Assembly (NCBI RefSeq): GCF_052425735.1
Contig: NC_135770.1
Coordinates: 22,010,001 to 22,074,000 of the forward strand
Source: Oculina patagonica
Taxonomy: Eukaryota
Reading direction: 5' to 3'
Length of the DNA: 64,000 nt
Shown here: positions 12,797-24,566 of the stretch, piece by piece
How positions within the stretch are numbered: position 1 is the first letter of the stretch
Layout: each line of letters begins with the position of its first letter
Program-made: the position numbers and the translations under genes
The notes under the pieces: generated by a model
Seen by the model: the letters and a program-made list of their open reading frames with translations, nothing else
Databases searched by the model: none
What the model was told of the DNA's origin: nothing

Positions 12797-12863
12797 CTTG
12801 GGTCTCCTCTGTGATCAGAGTTAAAGCAAGGAATAAAATGGGCCAAATGAAAACAGAAAACAT
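12797..12863 (-). other. Extra copy of signal-peptide exon 1
   Basis: 67 nt, MFSVFIWPILFLALTLITEETQ-G, donor GTACGT. Followed by intron-1-like sequence (about 11760-12790, similar to 5125-5830) but no recognisable exon 2. Confidence 0.85.
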
Positions 12864-13117
12864 GGTAAAAGAATTTTTCCCGCGAGAGTAGGACATAGGA
12901 CAAACGTGTTAACAATTGCAAGTTGGCTGCCAACGTGAATCTCTTGCGAACAAACTGAGAACTTTGAAGTAAATGTTACTTTTCTCTGTACCAATAACGT
13001 AATTTCGGTTTGAGCCAATAAGAGAAGTTCAGGTGTCAACATCTTAATTTAACATTCAAACATACAGATCACTGGTAATAATTAAGGAATGATCAAATTC
13101 TCCCAACTAGTGCCAGA

Positions 13118-13457
13118 CTGTTGTGCTGGAGGTCTCGCGTTCGACTCCCAGACCGGACCAACACTGAGGAGAACTTGCTGCCTTTGCAATATGACATCTG
13201 CAAATGATATTCTAGATATTCTAGTCTTCTCAGATAAGGACGATAAACTGTAAGCACCGGCTTCTGCATATGCAGTGTTATATGGTCAGCAGGGGACGTT
13301 AAAGAACCCACACACTTATCGAAAAGAGTAGTGCACGGAGTTCCCGGTGTCGTGGTCTGTCCTTGTTTCACGGGTTGCGATGCTTCACTTAGGGTTAACT
13401 TCATTGCGCCTTTCATCCTTGGACAGGATTGTCCAAGAAAAATTACTATGATGATGA
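13118..13457 (+). mobile_element. tRNA-derived SINE with (GAT)n tail
   Basis: B-box-like gttcgactccc, body with gggacgttaaagaacccacacactt, and a (GAT)n tail. Paralogous copy at 31423-31746. Confidence 0.75.
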
Positions 13458-16071
13458 TTTTTTTTTTCTTTTTTTCTTTTTCTTTTTTTTTTAATGCAAC
13501 TTTATTATTACACACAATGCTAATTACATAGGTACTACTACATTTACAAAAAATACATACTTTTCAAACAACACTTTCAAAAGGAAAAAATAATTGTTAA
13601 TTATAATGATAACTAATTATAACTACTTCTAAACTACAATTCTTACTCACAATACAACACTGAATTATGCTAATTACATTAATACTAATAGCTTGCAATA
13701 CAAAACACTATTCACGCCACGTTACTTACTTACATACTACAAACTACAGGCTGTCACACTATGCTGTCACGCTACCGATGATGAGATAAATTTTTAACCA
13801 TGCAAAAAATCTTTCCACTTAAAATTAAAAAGACCGAGTTTATTTTTACGTAAGGCGATATACTTTTCGAGGTCTATTTTTTCTCGCACGTAGACGACAA
13901 AATCCGCAAATTGATATTTTTTGTCATTTTTAGCGCAGATGAACAGAAAAAACTTGCCTATGAGTATAAGGTGGTTGATGGTTTGAAGCGAAGATGAGCC
14001 TTTCAAGACGCCATATAATATTTCGTTTTCTGACAAGGCTGTCACACTATGCTCTTTGCATTGTGAGCGGAACCACTCGTTAAATTCGTTCCAGAAAGAT
14101 ACAGCCACTGAACAGTGCACAAATAAATGAGAGATAGATTGCTCTGTATCTGGGCAAAAAGGACAAGTAGGTGAATCGATAATTTGCATTTTGTAGAGAA
14201 GACTATTGGTGTTAAGAATATTATGTATTAATTTGAACTGAAACACAGATAGTTTGACTTCTTTTGTTACAGCAAAGGGAAGTGAGTATACTTTGCGGCG
14301 TTGCAATGGATCAAAACCACACTTGATGAGTCTTTTTTCTGCCGTAACTGGAGGGAGATTATTTCCATTAATCAGCAGATGATATATGATTTTACACGTT
14401 AGATTTTCTATAGTTGGCGTCGAGGAGGAGAGGTTTTCGGTTTGCGACTGTTTTAAAAGCTTTTTCCAAGCACTTGGTATTGCAGATAAAAGCCCATAGT
14501 ATTGTAGAAAGTTGCAGTTTATATGGAATTTTTGTTGGAAGGACTGAAAAGAAAGAAAAGATTTTTTTTGTTCATCTACGAGACTGGATACGTTTTTTAT
14601 GCCACCGTGGTGCCAGTTTTGGAAGAAAGCTGACTTTTTGTTTATTTTTATAAACTGATTATTCCATTTAATTTGCTTTAATACGTCGCTTTTCGTCTTA
14701 GGTACGTTATTAGATAACTCTTGCCAGTAAGTTATTACATCATTGTAAAATTTCGGAAGCGATTTATCTAAATTTAGGCGTTTGATATCGTAGTTGCACT
14801 CGAAAATTAGTGTGGCACCTACGCTTGATAGCAGTGAAATTGGTATAGCTATCCATGGTGCGTCATCTGTAGAACATAAGCGCTTTACCCAACATAGTTT
14901 TAGAGCTTTATCGAATACCGTGAAGTCAGTCATATTAAGACCTCCTTCTTCTTTGCATTTAATGATCGTAGATTTTTTTTATTTTAGGCTGCTTATACTT
15001 CCAAATGAAGTTGAAAATAATTTTGTTGACCTCTTCTGTAAAGCCATTAGGGGTGTCCAGCACGCTGCAAACAAACGTGAGTTTCGACAGCGCAAGTGTT
15101 TTGACTATATAATTTTGCCATAAACAGAAATGTCTCTTGATGACCAAATGTTGAGAACTTTTTTCAACGACCCGAGTTTATCATAAAAGTTTTTTTCAAT
15201 TGCGCGTTCGTCATTATATGAGAAATGAATTCCGAGCGCATATATCGGCTCTTCACTAAGTTTTAAGCTCAAGATTTTATCTTTGCGCAGACGCCATGAT
15301 CCTAACCAAAGCAGTTCCGACTTGGTCTGGTTTATTCGAAGGCCAGAAACACATTCAAATTTTTCTAGAAGGTTAAACAGATTGGTTATCGATTGAGTGT
15401 CCTTTACAAATACGGTGGTGTCATCGACATACTGAGCAAGTTTCGCAGTTTTTCCGGGTGTGATTTCAATACCTTTTATTGTAGTTGATTGTCTAATTGC
15501 ATTACCTAAGACTTCTATACCTATAATGAAAAGTAATCCCGACAAAGGGCATCCTTGCCTCACGCCTCTGGATAGCGTAAAGTGTTTACTTGCAAAACCG
15601 TTATTAAGTACGCAACTAGATATGTCGTTAATTATAGAATATTTTAACCCATTGTTGGAGTTGAGGACCAAATTTAAATATTTCAAGACATTTGTGTAAG
15701 TAATTCCATTCGATAGAGTCAAAGGCTTTTTCGAAGTCCAGGAACACTGCTGCCCCAGGCATATTTCTTTGTTTTGTGAACGACATTATATCGGAAATAG
15801 CTCTTATACATTCTCCAATGTATCTACCTTTTATATATCCTGCTTGACAAGGATGAATAATCTTTGGTAATACTTTCTCTAGACGCATTGCAATGACTTT
15901 AGTGGCGATTTTATAATCAGTATTAAGCAAGGTTATTGGTCTCCAGTTTTTCAGAAACTCTAAGTTCTTGTCTTTTTTAGGAATAAGCGATATAATTCCG
16001 AGTCTTTGAGAAATTGAAAGCTTTCCTGTTTGAAAAGCATAATTGAAACTGTCAACCATTAATTTTCCTAG
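13458..16071 (-). mobile_element. 5'-truncated L1/Tx1-clade LINE with frameshifted ORF2
   Basis: LKNWRPITLLNTDYK, FLDFEKAFDS, RQGCPLS, QYVDD, and C-terminal zf-RVT CPFCPDTEQSISHLFVHC, split across ORFs 15628..16059, 15105..15722, 14959..15147 and 13794..14933. Poly(A)-like tail at 13458-13492. Confidence 0.92.
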
Positions 16072-16076
16072 GGGGG

Positions 16077-16126
<50 letters not shown>

Positions 16127-16204
16127 CTAAAAGCAAGGAAACCATTGAGGAGAATCTGTGTGTTGACATTGGCGACTTAATTTGTTTTCTATAAAAAAAA
16201 ATTA

Positions 16205-16760
16205 ATGAGTCGCGTGGTAAAGTCTTCCGTTCTCGTGTTGTTTATGAGTCGTGGTAACATCTTCCTGTCTCGTGTTGTTTATGAGTCGTTGTGGTGTCTT
16301 CCTGTCTATGTGCTATTTTTGTATTGCCTCTAGGCAAACCGAACGTTCCAGTACATAAGCCAGCAGCAAACAAATTCCCGTTAATAGAGAGTCTGCATGG
16401 AGGTTCTTGATTCTCAGTTATCAGTTAAATTATGGCTAATTTCTCAGCTATCAGTACATTTTTCAGGTGTCGTATCTCAACCAACAGTTTAAAAAAGCGT
16501 CATTTCTAGTTTCACTTAATTTGTTTTCTACAATAAATTTTTAATGAGTCGCGTTGTCGCGTGGTAAAAACTTCCTGTCTCGTGTTGTTTATGTGTCTTG
16601 GTAAAGTCTTCCAGTCTAATGTTGTTTACGAGTCGTGGTAAAGTCTTCCGGTCTCGTGTTGTTTATGAGTCGTGGTAGTGTCTTCCTGTCTATGTGTTAT
16701 TTTTGTATTGCCTTCGGGCAAACCGAACGTTCCAGTACATTAGCCAGCAGTTAACACATT
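16205..16760. repeat. ~31-bp tandem repeats within a ~370 bp local duplication
   Basis: Repeated gtctcgtgttgtttatgagtcgtggtaaagtcttcc. About 16150-16500 recurs at about 16515-16920. Confidence 0.7.
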
Positions 16761-17003
16761 CCCGTTAATAGAGAGTCTGCATGGAGGTTCTTGATTCTCA
16801 GTTATCAGTTAAATTTTTGACAATTTCTCAGCTATCAGTTAAAATTTCAGTCTACTTATCAATTATCGGTAATTTTTTCATTTTTCATATCTCAGCCAGC
16901 AGTTAAAAAACACGTCATTTCTCAGCTGGCAGTTCAAATGTTAATCAATTCTTAGCTATCAGCGGTAAACCCTATGCTGAGCCTTGAGTTTGAGAAATAG
17001 AGG

Positions 17004-17552
17004 ATAATTATTACATGGTTGCGCGGAGATATGAAATTTATCTTCGAGTGTTCAAATCGATATCTCACGAGGGAGCGCAGCGAACGAGTAGGATATCGAT
17101 TTGATATTTGATTTGATTTTATATAAACCTACTAATTACGATGTTTTGGACGATTTTCCGAAGATTGCCGACCATTTTCCGAAGATTTCCGAAGATTGGC
17201 AAATTGTTGTCCGAAGGTCGTACGAATGTTTCCGAACATTTTCTGAACTTTTCCGAAAATTTCCGAAGATATCCGAAGATTGCCGAAGATTGCCGAGGAA
17301 GATCCGAAGATATTTCGACTTAATATCGATTTACTTTGGCCCATTCAGCATTGAAACAGGGCAAACTTGTCAGAAAATGTTTCGAAATCGATATCTTCAC
17401 ATGTGAAAATAACGTTATTTTCACGTGTGAAGATATGATTTTTTCGCGCGAAAGATTTCCTGGTATTTCACTGATGTTTATAATGGTAATTGAACTGAGT
17501 GGAGTGCAATTTGGTCTAAAATCATACGCGTGATTTCAAAATCAAACGAGCG
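17004..17552. mobile_element. Non-autonomous element with internal ttccgaaga repeats, plus an adjacent truncated element
   Basis: Hairpin-like start (atatctcacga...cgagtaggatat) and internal tandem ttccgaagat units. A different repeat begins at about 17483. Confidence 0.6.
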
Positions 17553-17640
17553 CAGAAAAGCAGAAAACAGGGTAAAAATATTTTTTCCCGCGAGAGTCTG
17601 ACAAACGTGTTAACGAGTTGGCTGGCCGATGTGAACCTCT
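17553..17640 (-). pseudogene. Broken exon-1 copy (ATG->CTG, truncated by adjacent elements)
   Basis: cagaaaacagggtaaaa...cccgcgagagtctgacaaacgtgttaac matches the exon-1 5' region. The coding part is replaced by the 17004-17552 repeats. Confidence 0.7.
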
Positions 17641-19092
17641 TAAGAGCAAAATGAAATATCACTTTTTTCTGCAACACAAAGTACTTTAATTAATGTCGGT
17701 TTTAAGAGAGGTTCATTGTTGACAGCTCACAGCAGCCATTAGTATATGAGTGGAGCATATTAAGCAATTGCTCGTTCGTCAGTTTGACTTTGTTGTCGAC
17801 AACTGAAAGCTAGTGGAACATTTTTGGCAGGAGCTAAACAGGAAAGAACATATTTTGCTTCTAATTATTTTTCGAACTCTCTGAACAGAAAATCAAATAG
17901 TGCATTTTACGTAGTAAGCTTTTTCTTGCAAAAAGTTCTCTTCATAAAGTCTCATTTTCAAGCCGTACATGTGTCAACATCTTAATTCTAAAAACATTGA
18001 ATAAACATCAAAGCATACAGATCACTAGAAATAAGGAATGATCAAATTCTCCCAATTAGTGCCATGCTAAATATATGGAGACAAGCAAGGCCGGAGAGTT
18101 TGTGTGTTGACATTGGGACTTAATTTGTTCTCTGTAATAAATTTTTAATGAGCCGTGATAACGTCTTCCTGTCCGTATGTTATATTTGTATTGCATTGGC
18201 AAAGCGAACGTTCCATGATAAGCAGTAAACAAATTCCCGTCTTTCAGCGTTTTTCGAGCAATAAATAATTAATATATTAGAATCCTGCATTTTTTATCTT
18301 ATTTCCTATAATATTCCTGTACAGTATTTCTAGTTAGGGTGTAGTTGGTTTGAAAAAATGAAGATAGATTAACTCATCCACAACTACATGTCGAGCGAGG
18401 ATCGATCGATACATTTGGTTGACTCGGCGGTCTGTCCTTATAATACGTACAACTGAAAACTCAAATCCTTGCGAGCTTCCTTTTTTTTGCGCATATTTTG
18501 TGCAGGTTATCTTAATTAGTTAATCTCTCATGGCAGCCCTTGCCTTGATTTCCGCTAGAAAGAAAAAAAGCGCAATGTTCGGATGTCTTCTATTCAGCTC
18601 AGTCAGTGTTCCATTGTGCTGTGGCAGTATTTAGCATGCATATGCCTCAATTGATCTTCAGCCCAATCCTGAGAGGGCTTCAGACTGTTTCAGTAATGAT
18701 TCTGCGCCTTTCGGGGGATCTTTCGTGATAAAGCCAGTACCGAAATATCTTATAAATATAATAATTTTACCCTATATTATTGAAGTTGGACTTTTCAGGG
18801 ACAAAAATACTTTTTATGGTGCAGTACAGGGTATATGACAACCCACAGCTAAATTTTGAGCATGTTAGTCGAAAGCTATGCTCAGTGAGAATATAGACCA
18901 TGGACATTTAATAACCTGTAGTACGAAATACAATATATAATGGAAACAAAGAATGTTCCAAAAGATTTGAACTAAATTTTCGAACAGATTGCTTCTATTG
19001 CGGCGTATTTTGATATTAACTGAATAAGTTCTAACACAAACACGAAGAAAAAAGGATGGTCTCGCACGTACAACAAAAGAAACAGAACGTAC

Positions 19093-19159
19093 CTTGGGTT
19101 TCCTCGGTGATCAGAGTAAAAGCAAGGAATAAAATGGGCCAAATGAAAACAGAAAACAT
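19093..19159 (-). other. Extra copy of signal-peptide exon 1 with upstream flank
   Basis: 67 nt, MFSVFIWPILFLAFTLITEETQ-G, donor GTACGT. Confidence 0.85.
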
Positions 19160-21143
19160 GATAAAAGAAAATTATTCCCGCGAGAGTCTGACAAACGTGT
19201 TAACAAGTTGAATGACAAGGTGAAGCTCTTGCGAGCAAACTGAGAACTTTGAAGTAACTATTACCTTTTTTCTGTGCGAATTAAGTATTAGCCATTGGGA
19301 AGAGTTTATTTGATGACACCTCACAGCAGCCATAAGTCTATGAATGGAACATTAGTAATTGCTCATTCGTTTTGCATTTTGTTGTTGACAACTGCAAATT
19401 GGCAGGAGTTAAACAAGAAAGAAACTTCTGCTTCTAACTTTTAATCGAACTTTCTGAACAAGAAATCGAATGTTGCATTTTAGGAAGTATGAGTTTACTG
19501 AAGTCTCATTTCCAAGAGTGCATGTGTTAAAATCTATATTCTCACTGAAAATATATATATATATATAAATTTTCAAGCATGAGAGGTCGCTAGAAATAAG
19601 GAATGATCAAATTCTCCCAACTAGTGCCATGCTAAAAGTAAGGAGAGAAGAATGATAATTTGTGTGCTGACATTAGCGAATTATTTGCTTTCTATAATGA
19701 ATTTTTAATGAGTCGGGTGGTACTAGCCAATTTTTAACAATTATTGGTAAATGCAAAACTTTCCGATTTCGCTGTCGTTTATAGCGTTTATTGAGGCCCT
19801 GTTAGGGTAGGTGTACATGTCTTCTGTCTCTATTTCAAAGCTTGTTATATCGCTACTAAGAATGGTCCGCATGTCGCTGTCGGAATTTCGTCATTTTTTT
19901 TTTAAGACAGACGTAAGTAGCAGAGGAGAATTTTTTCAGATATTTTAATTTCTCGACTGATTAAAAAAGACATGAGTAACCAAGGTAGTACACAGAGCAT
20001 AAGTTTCTCTGGAATTTTAAAAAGGCAATTAATAATGTTTCTTTTAATGTCTCGACAAGGTATTAAATTGAAGACGACGTGACTTACTTTGGTACACAAA
20101 TGCAAAGCAGGAGTTTCTCGGGCACTTCAAATTTCGCAGCAAAAACGGTATTTTAAACTTTTCGACCAAAAAACGACGTGACTCTAAACTTAATACACAA
20201 AACAGGAGTTTCTCGGGGACTTTAATTTCGCACTGTAAAAACGGTGTTTTGGATGACTGTTTCAACCAATTAAAAAACGACTTGACTTCGAGCAGAAGTT
20301 TTTCGGGCACTTTAATTTCGCAGTAAAAATTGGTGTTTCAAATTTTTCGACCAATTAAAAACGACGTGACACAGAGCAGATGTGTTTCGTACATTTTAAG
20401 AGAGCCGTTAAAATCAATTTAATGTGATTCTTCGACAGGTTAATTAAAAAAACGACGTCTTACTTAGAGCAGGAGTTTCTCACGCATTTCATTAAGGAAG
20501 TTAAATTGAACTGTTTTAATTCCTGACTGATGGAAATTCCTCAACGGACAAAATTAGTTCTCAATTGATAAAAAATTCTCGATCGCTAAAATGTTCTCCA
20601 CTGTTTTCAGGCGGCATTAAGCTTTCTCGGGTACTTTAATTTTGCAGTAAAAAACCGTGTTTTAATTTGTCTCACCAATTAGAAAACGACATGGCTCTAA
20701 ACTTAGTACACAGAGCAGAAGTTTTCCGTTCATTTCAAGAAAGTCGTTAAAATTAATTAATTTAATTCGTTGACAGATTAATTAAAAACGACCTGTTTAA
20801 CATTAGTATACAAAAGCAGGAGTTTCTCGTGCACTTCATTAACCCTATCCAGAGCGAGAGGGGAGGGGGGAGGGAGGGGGGGGGGGGGGAGGTAGGAAGG
20901 TAAGGAAAGTGCCCGCGCTGGCTTTGAACGCTTATAACTTTTTCAAGATTCAACCAGACAACCATCAGTCAGATTTTATCTGGGAATTCTCTCCCCACCC
21001 CTCCCCACTGTATAGGATGCTTTGCAAAGACTTGTTTGTGGCCTGTTGATATCCTAATGTAAAGTCATTAAAAAACAAGTTATGAGGTATGTATACCACA
21101 TACATTGCCATTTTTTACCACGGCTGCACTTAATATTTTGAAA

Positions 21144-21358
21144 CTAATAATTCTGTGGCCCTCGTATTCCCGATCGGATTGGAATTTAGAAGTGTTGGTT
21201 TTTGTGGAGGGAGGAAAACCGGAGAACACAGAGAAAACCCTCTGAGCAAGGACGAGAACCAAAAAGAAACTCAACCCACAGATGACGCCGGATCCGAGAA
21301 TCGAGCCAGGGCCACACTGGTGGGAGATGAGCGCTCTCACCACTGCGCCATCCCTGCT
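21144..21358 (-). mobile_element. tRNA-derived SINE (duplicate of 10095-10309)
   Basis: Same A/B-box head and body. Confidence 0.8.
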
Positions 21359-21615
21359 ACGACTTATTTATCGCCAGCTGTTTCAATTTTCATGATGCTG
21401 GCAATTTAAATGAAACCTTAGCATTTTAGTTAACAATCTTTATCCGTCAAAACCTAGCACCAGACAAACGATGATTTCCTCCCCATGTAGTTTTTCCTGT
21501 TCTCTGGTCAAGATCTGTGGGATCGAATAAAATATTATTACAAACTGGTTCTCGTCCTTGACACTTTTTTCAGCTTCCTTCTTTGCGACATTCAATCGCA
21601 CGCGCTGCTGGCCTC

Positions 21616-21706
<91 letters not shown>

Positions 21707-21976
21707 CTTTTATTAGGAAGCCTTCATTTACTATACAGTGGTTTTCAGAAAGGTCCTAACTAAGATTAAAAATACTTAATAAGACTATATACAATAAAAC
21801 GAAAAATACCTAAGAATTAAAAACTATTATTAAAAACTAACTTGAATACAAAGAAAGAATTAACTAAAAAACCTACTTATATGCGCTGTCACTTCTAAGC
21901 ATGGCGAGAGAAACTACCTGCAGTGGCCTGTTATAATGACATTATTGTCCAACTCCGCTTCGTGGAGTACAAATAA

Positions 21977-22410
21977 CGGGGGGGGGGGGGGGGGACTCAG
22001 GATTTCAAATGACGGAGATGATCGTATGGGGGCAAAAATCAAGACCCAAAAACATCCCTAGGGCTTCCAACAAAACCCAAAAAAATCCCTGGACCAAAAA
22101 TCGACCCCAAAAATTCCATTGCCGAATTTCTGACTCATATATATCCAGAGAGGGGGAATGATATAGCAAAAACAAAAACATTAGAAACACGTTTACTGTT
22201 TGTAGTCTATTCGCAGAACTATGCGGTCAAGGCACTACCACAAATCTTTAGATTGTTTTTAATAACCAAAAAACCCTTCTTAAATCAAGCCACCCGAAAA
22301 AATACTTGCCAAATTTTCCTACCCAAAAAAATTCCCGGAATCAAAAAATTTCAAACACAAAAAGATCCTTCGATCATCCCCGTCACTTGAAATCCTGAGT
22401 ACCCCCCCCC
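21977..22410. mobile_element. MITE with G/C-tract termini
   Basis: ggggactcaggatttcaaatgacgg.gatgatcg / cgatcatccccgtcacttgaaatcctgagtacccc. Confidence 0.8.
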
Positions 22411-22549
22411 CACCCTCCCCTAGGGGATTTACGATGTAGCATTTTCAATTAATTTGATTCCTCGAATTATTAAATAAGTTCATCAGAAAAATGGAAAAAA
22501 TTCGCATTTTCACGACACACTCGAAACTACTCACATTCACGCACACACG

Positions 22550-22938
22550 NNNNNNNNNNNNNNNNNNNNNNNNNNNNNNNNNNNNNNNNNNNNNNNNNNN
22601 NNNNNNNNNNNNNNNNNNNNNNNNNNNNNNNNNNNNNNNNNNNNNNNNNNNNNNNNNNNNNNNNNNNNNNNNNNNNNNNNNNNNNNNNNNNNNNNNNNNN
22701 NNNNNNNNNNNNNNNNNNNNNNNNNNNNNNNNNNNNNNNNNNNNNNNNNNNNNNNNNNNNNNNNNNNNNNNNNNNNNNNNNNNNNNNNNNNNNNNNNNNN
22801 NNNNNNNNNNNNNNNNNNNNNNNNNNNNNNNNNNNNNNNNNNNNNNNNNNNNNNNNNNNNNNNNNNNNNNNNNNNNNNNNNNNNNNNNNNNNNNNNNNNN
22901 NNNNNNNNNNNNNNNNNNNNNNNNNNNNNNNNNNNNNN
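22550..22938. other. Assembly gap (389 N)
   Basis: Run of N. Confidence 1.
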
Positions 22939-23104
22939 CATAACCACAAATCCCTACAGTAACAATAAAGTTCTTTAGGTTAAAGGAAATAACAATATAT
23001 TAACACTGAATTGACAAAATATCAAAATGTGAACTTCATTATCATTATTATTACTTTTATTGTTATCATCATCATCGTCATCATCATCATCATCATCATC
23101 GATA

Positions 23105-23698
23105 TATATTACATTAAATTTTGGCGAAACGTTTATTTCGCGATTTTGCGAAAATGTCGTATCCAAAATCACTTTAATTTCGCGATTTTACCAATAACGT
23201 TACAAGTTTCGATAATTTTCTTGTCCTTGAAAATGTAAGATGAGACGCTTTACAAGCTTCCTTATTTCAAGAGGCGCTAATGTCTTCGTAACTGTAAGAC
23301 GCATATTTCCCACGGCCACCATTTCTACAAGGAGCCGGTTTAGAGACACAAGTAGAGAAAATGGTGAGAATTGATACATCCACAAAGAACGTGGAATCTA
23401 TAGAGATGTTTTAAAAGTTTAAAGAACCAGTGAATGAACAGTTTGATGAACGCACCAAAGAAGTATTGCTTGGACATGGAAGGCAGGAGTGGTTATGAAC
23501 TTCCTTTTCTAAACGTTTTATAAGTAATAAATCCGTCCTTTCTTTAACTGATAATGGACATAATGGTCACGTCACTTAATTTTTGCGTCATCTTATGTTC
23601 GCGACACTTATTTTTCGCGACACTTTAATTTCGCGATATTTTTAAAATCGTGAAAATCGCGAAATTAAAGTGTCCCGAAAATTTCATGTAATAAGGTA
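23105..23698. mobile_element. TACCTTATT-type MITE, degenerate left end
   Basis: Subterminal tttaatttcgcg repeats; right end tttcatgtaataaggta. Absent from the paralogous site at about 35700. Confidence 0.7.
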
Positions 23699-24054
23699 TA
23701 TTCTTTGGTGGCTTCTATCAAATCATTGTTTAATGTTAGGTACCTTGTTTTCTATCTTCCTGTAAATCCCGTCCCTAAGAAATCAGTATTCAGGATAATT
23801 GAAAAGGAAAATGGCAAAAGTAGGCTTTTCCGGATATTGCGAAAAAAATAAATAAAAACAAACAAACGGTACGCTTAAAACGCGCGTAAAATAGAAGGTT
23901 AAAAACTTTCATCTTGTGATTTGTGGATTCAGTTACACGCCATAAAAAAATACGAGTGTTTTATTATTTTGTGCCCAAAACTACATCTATCTATTAAAAG
24001 TCACATCCAACACGGTTTCAAGGCCGTTTGTCTGAAAGTTCATTGCTTTTCTTG

Positions 24055-24566
24055 TCATTCCACCAAAATATATCCCATGGCTTTGATGTGTTTGTCTCCA
24101 TTATCTGGTGACCACATACAGTTGTAGCCTCGTTTCCACACGTGTTGGAGTCATCATGTCGCCCTCCTGTATGAAACCCGATTCTGGAATCACAATAGTC
24201 GCAGTCATTTTCATTGTTACCAAGGATACCGATTCTTGTTTTGGTACCCACAGCATTGAACCCTTCCTTGTTACAGTTAAGCTGTAAGGAGGCCTGTGAA
24301 CCAATCAGCGTCTTCCACGTGTTACGACTCAGTGAGGTGGCCCGGTATTGCCCGTCAGCAATCAGTGAGTACAGGGAGTTGGCCTGCTTGTTGATGACAA
24401 TGACGTTGATCTGTTGGCCGATCTTCATACCAAAGCAAATCTTGGAGAAGGATGTGTTCCAGTAGGTCGGTAACTTGGTCTCTTGTGTGTCCAACCCAGT
24501 CTCCCCTCCAGGGGGATTGTTGTCATTTTTATCACTCCAGTATCCCGAGTTGTAATGAAAGGTAGT
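24055..24566 (-). pseudogene. Extra frameshifted copy of the terminal exon (B')
   Basis: AG acceptor, then [12 protein letters not shown]...[16 protein letters not shown]...CDSRIG. The frame shifts after CGNEA, giving the aberrant tail of ORF 24018..24494. No upstream exons of its own are visible. Confidence 0.85.

Larger units (their letters stand above)
19003..21976. repeat. Partner copy of the 7985-10690 duplication, with an extra insertion at 21617-21877
   Basis: Co-linear with 7985-10690. An (AAT)n tract at 21617-21706 plus AT-rich sequence is absent at about 10578. Confidence 0.9.

Noticed and set aside
17101-17406. Repetitive ORFs on both strands
   Set aside because: Produced by ttccgaaga tandem repeats in a non-autonomous element.
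22491-22949. Long ORFs full of X
   Set aside because: Artefacts of the N gap.
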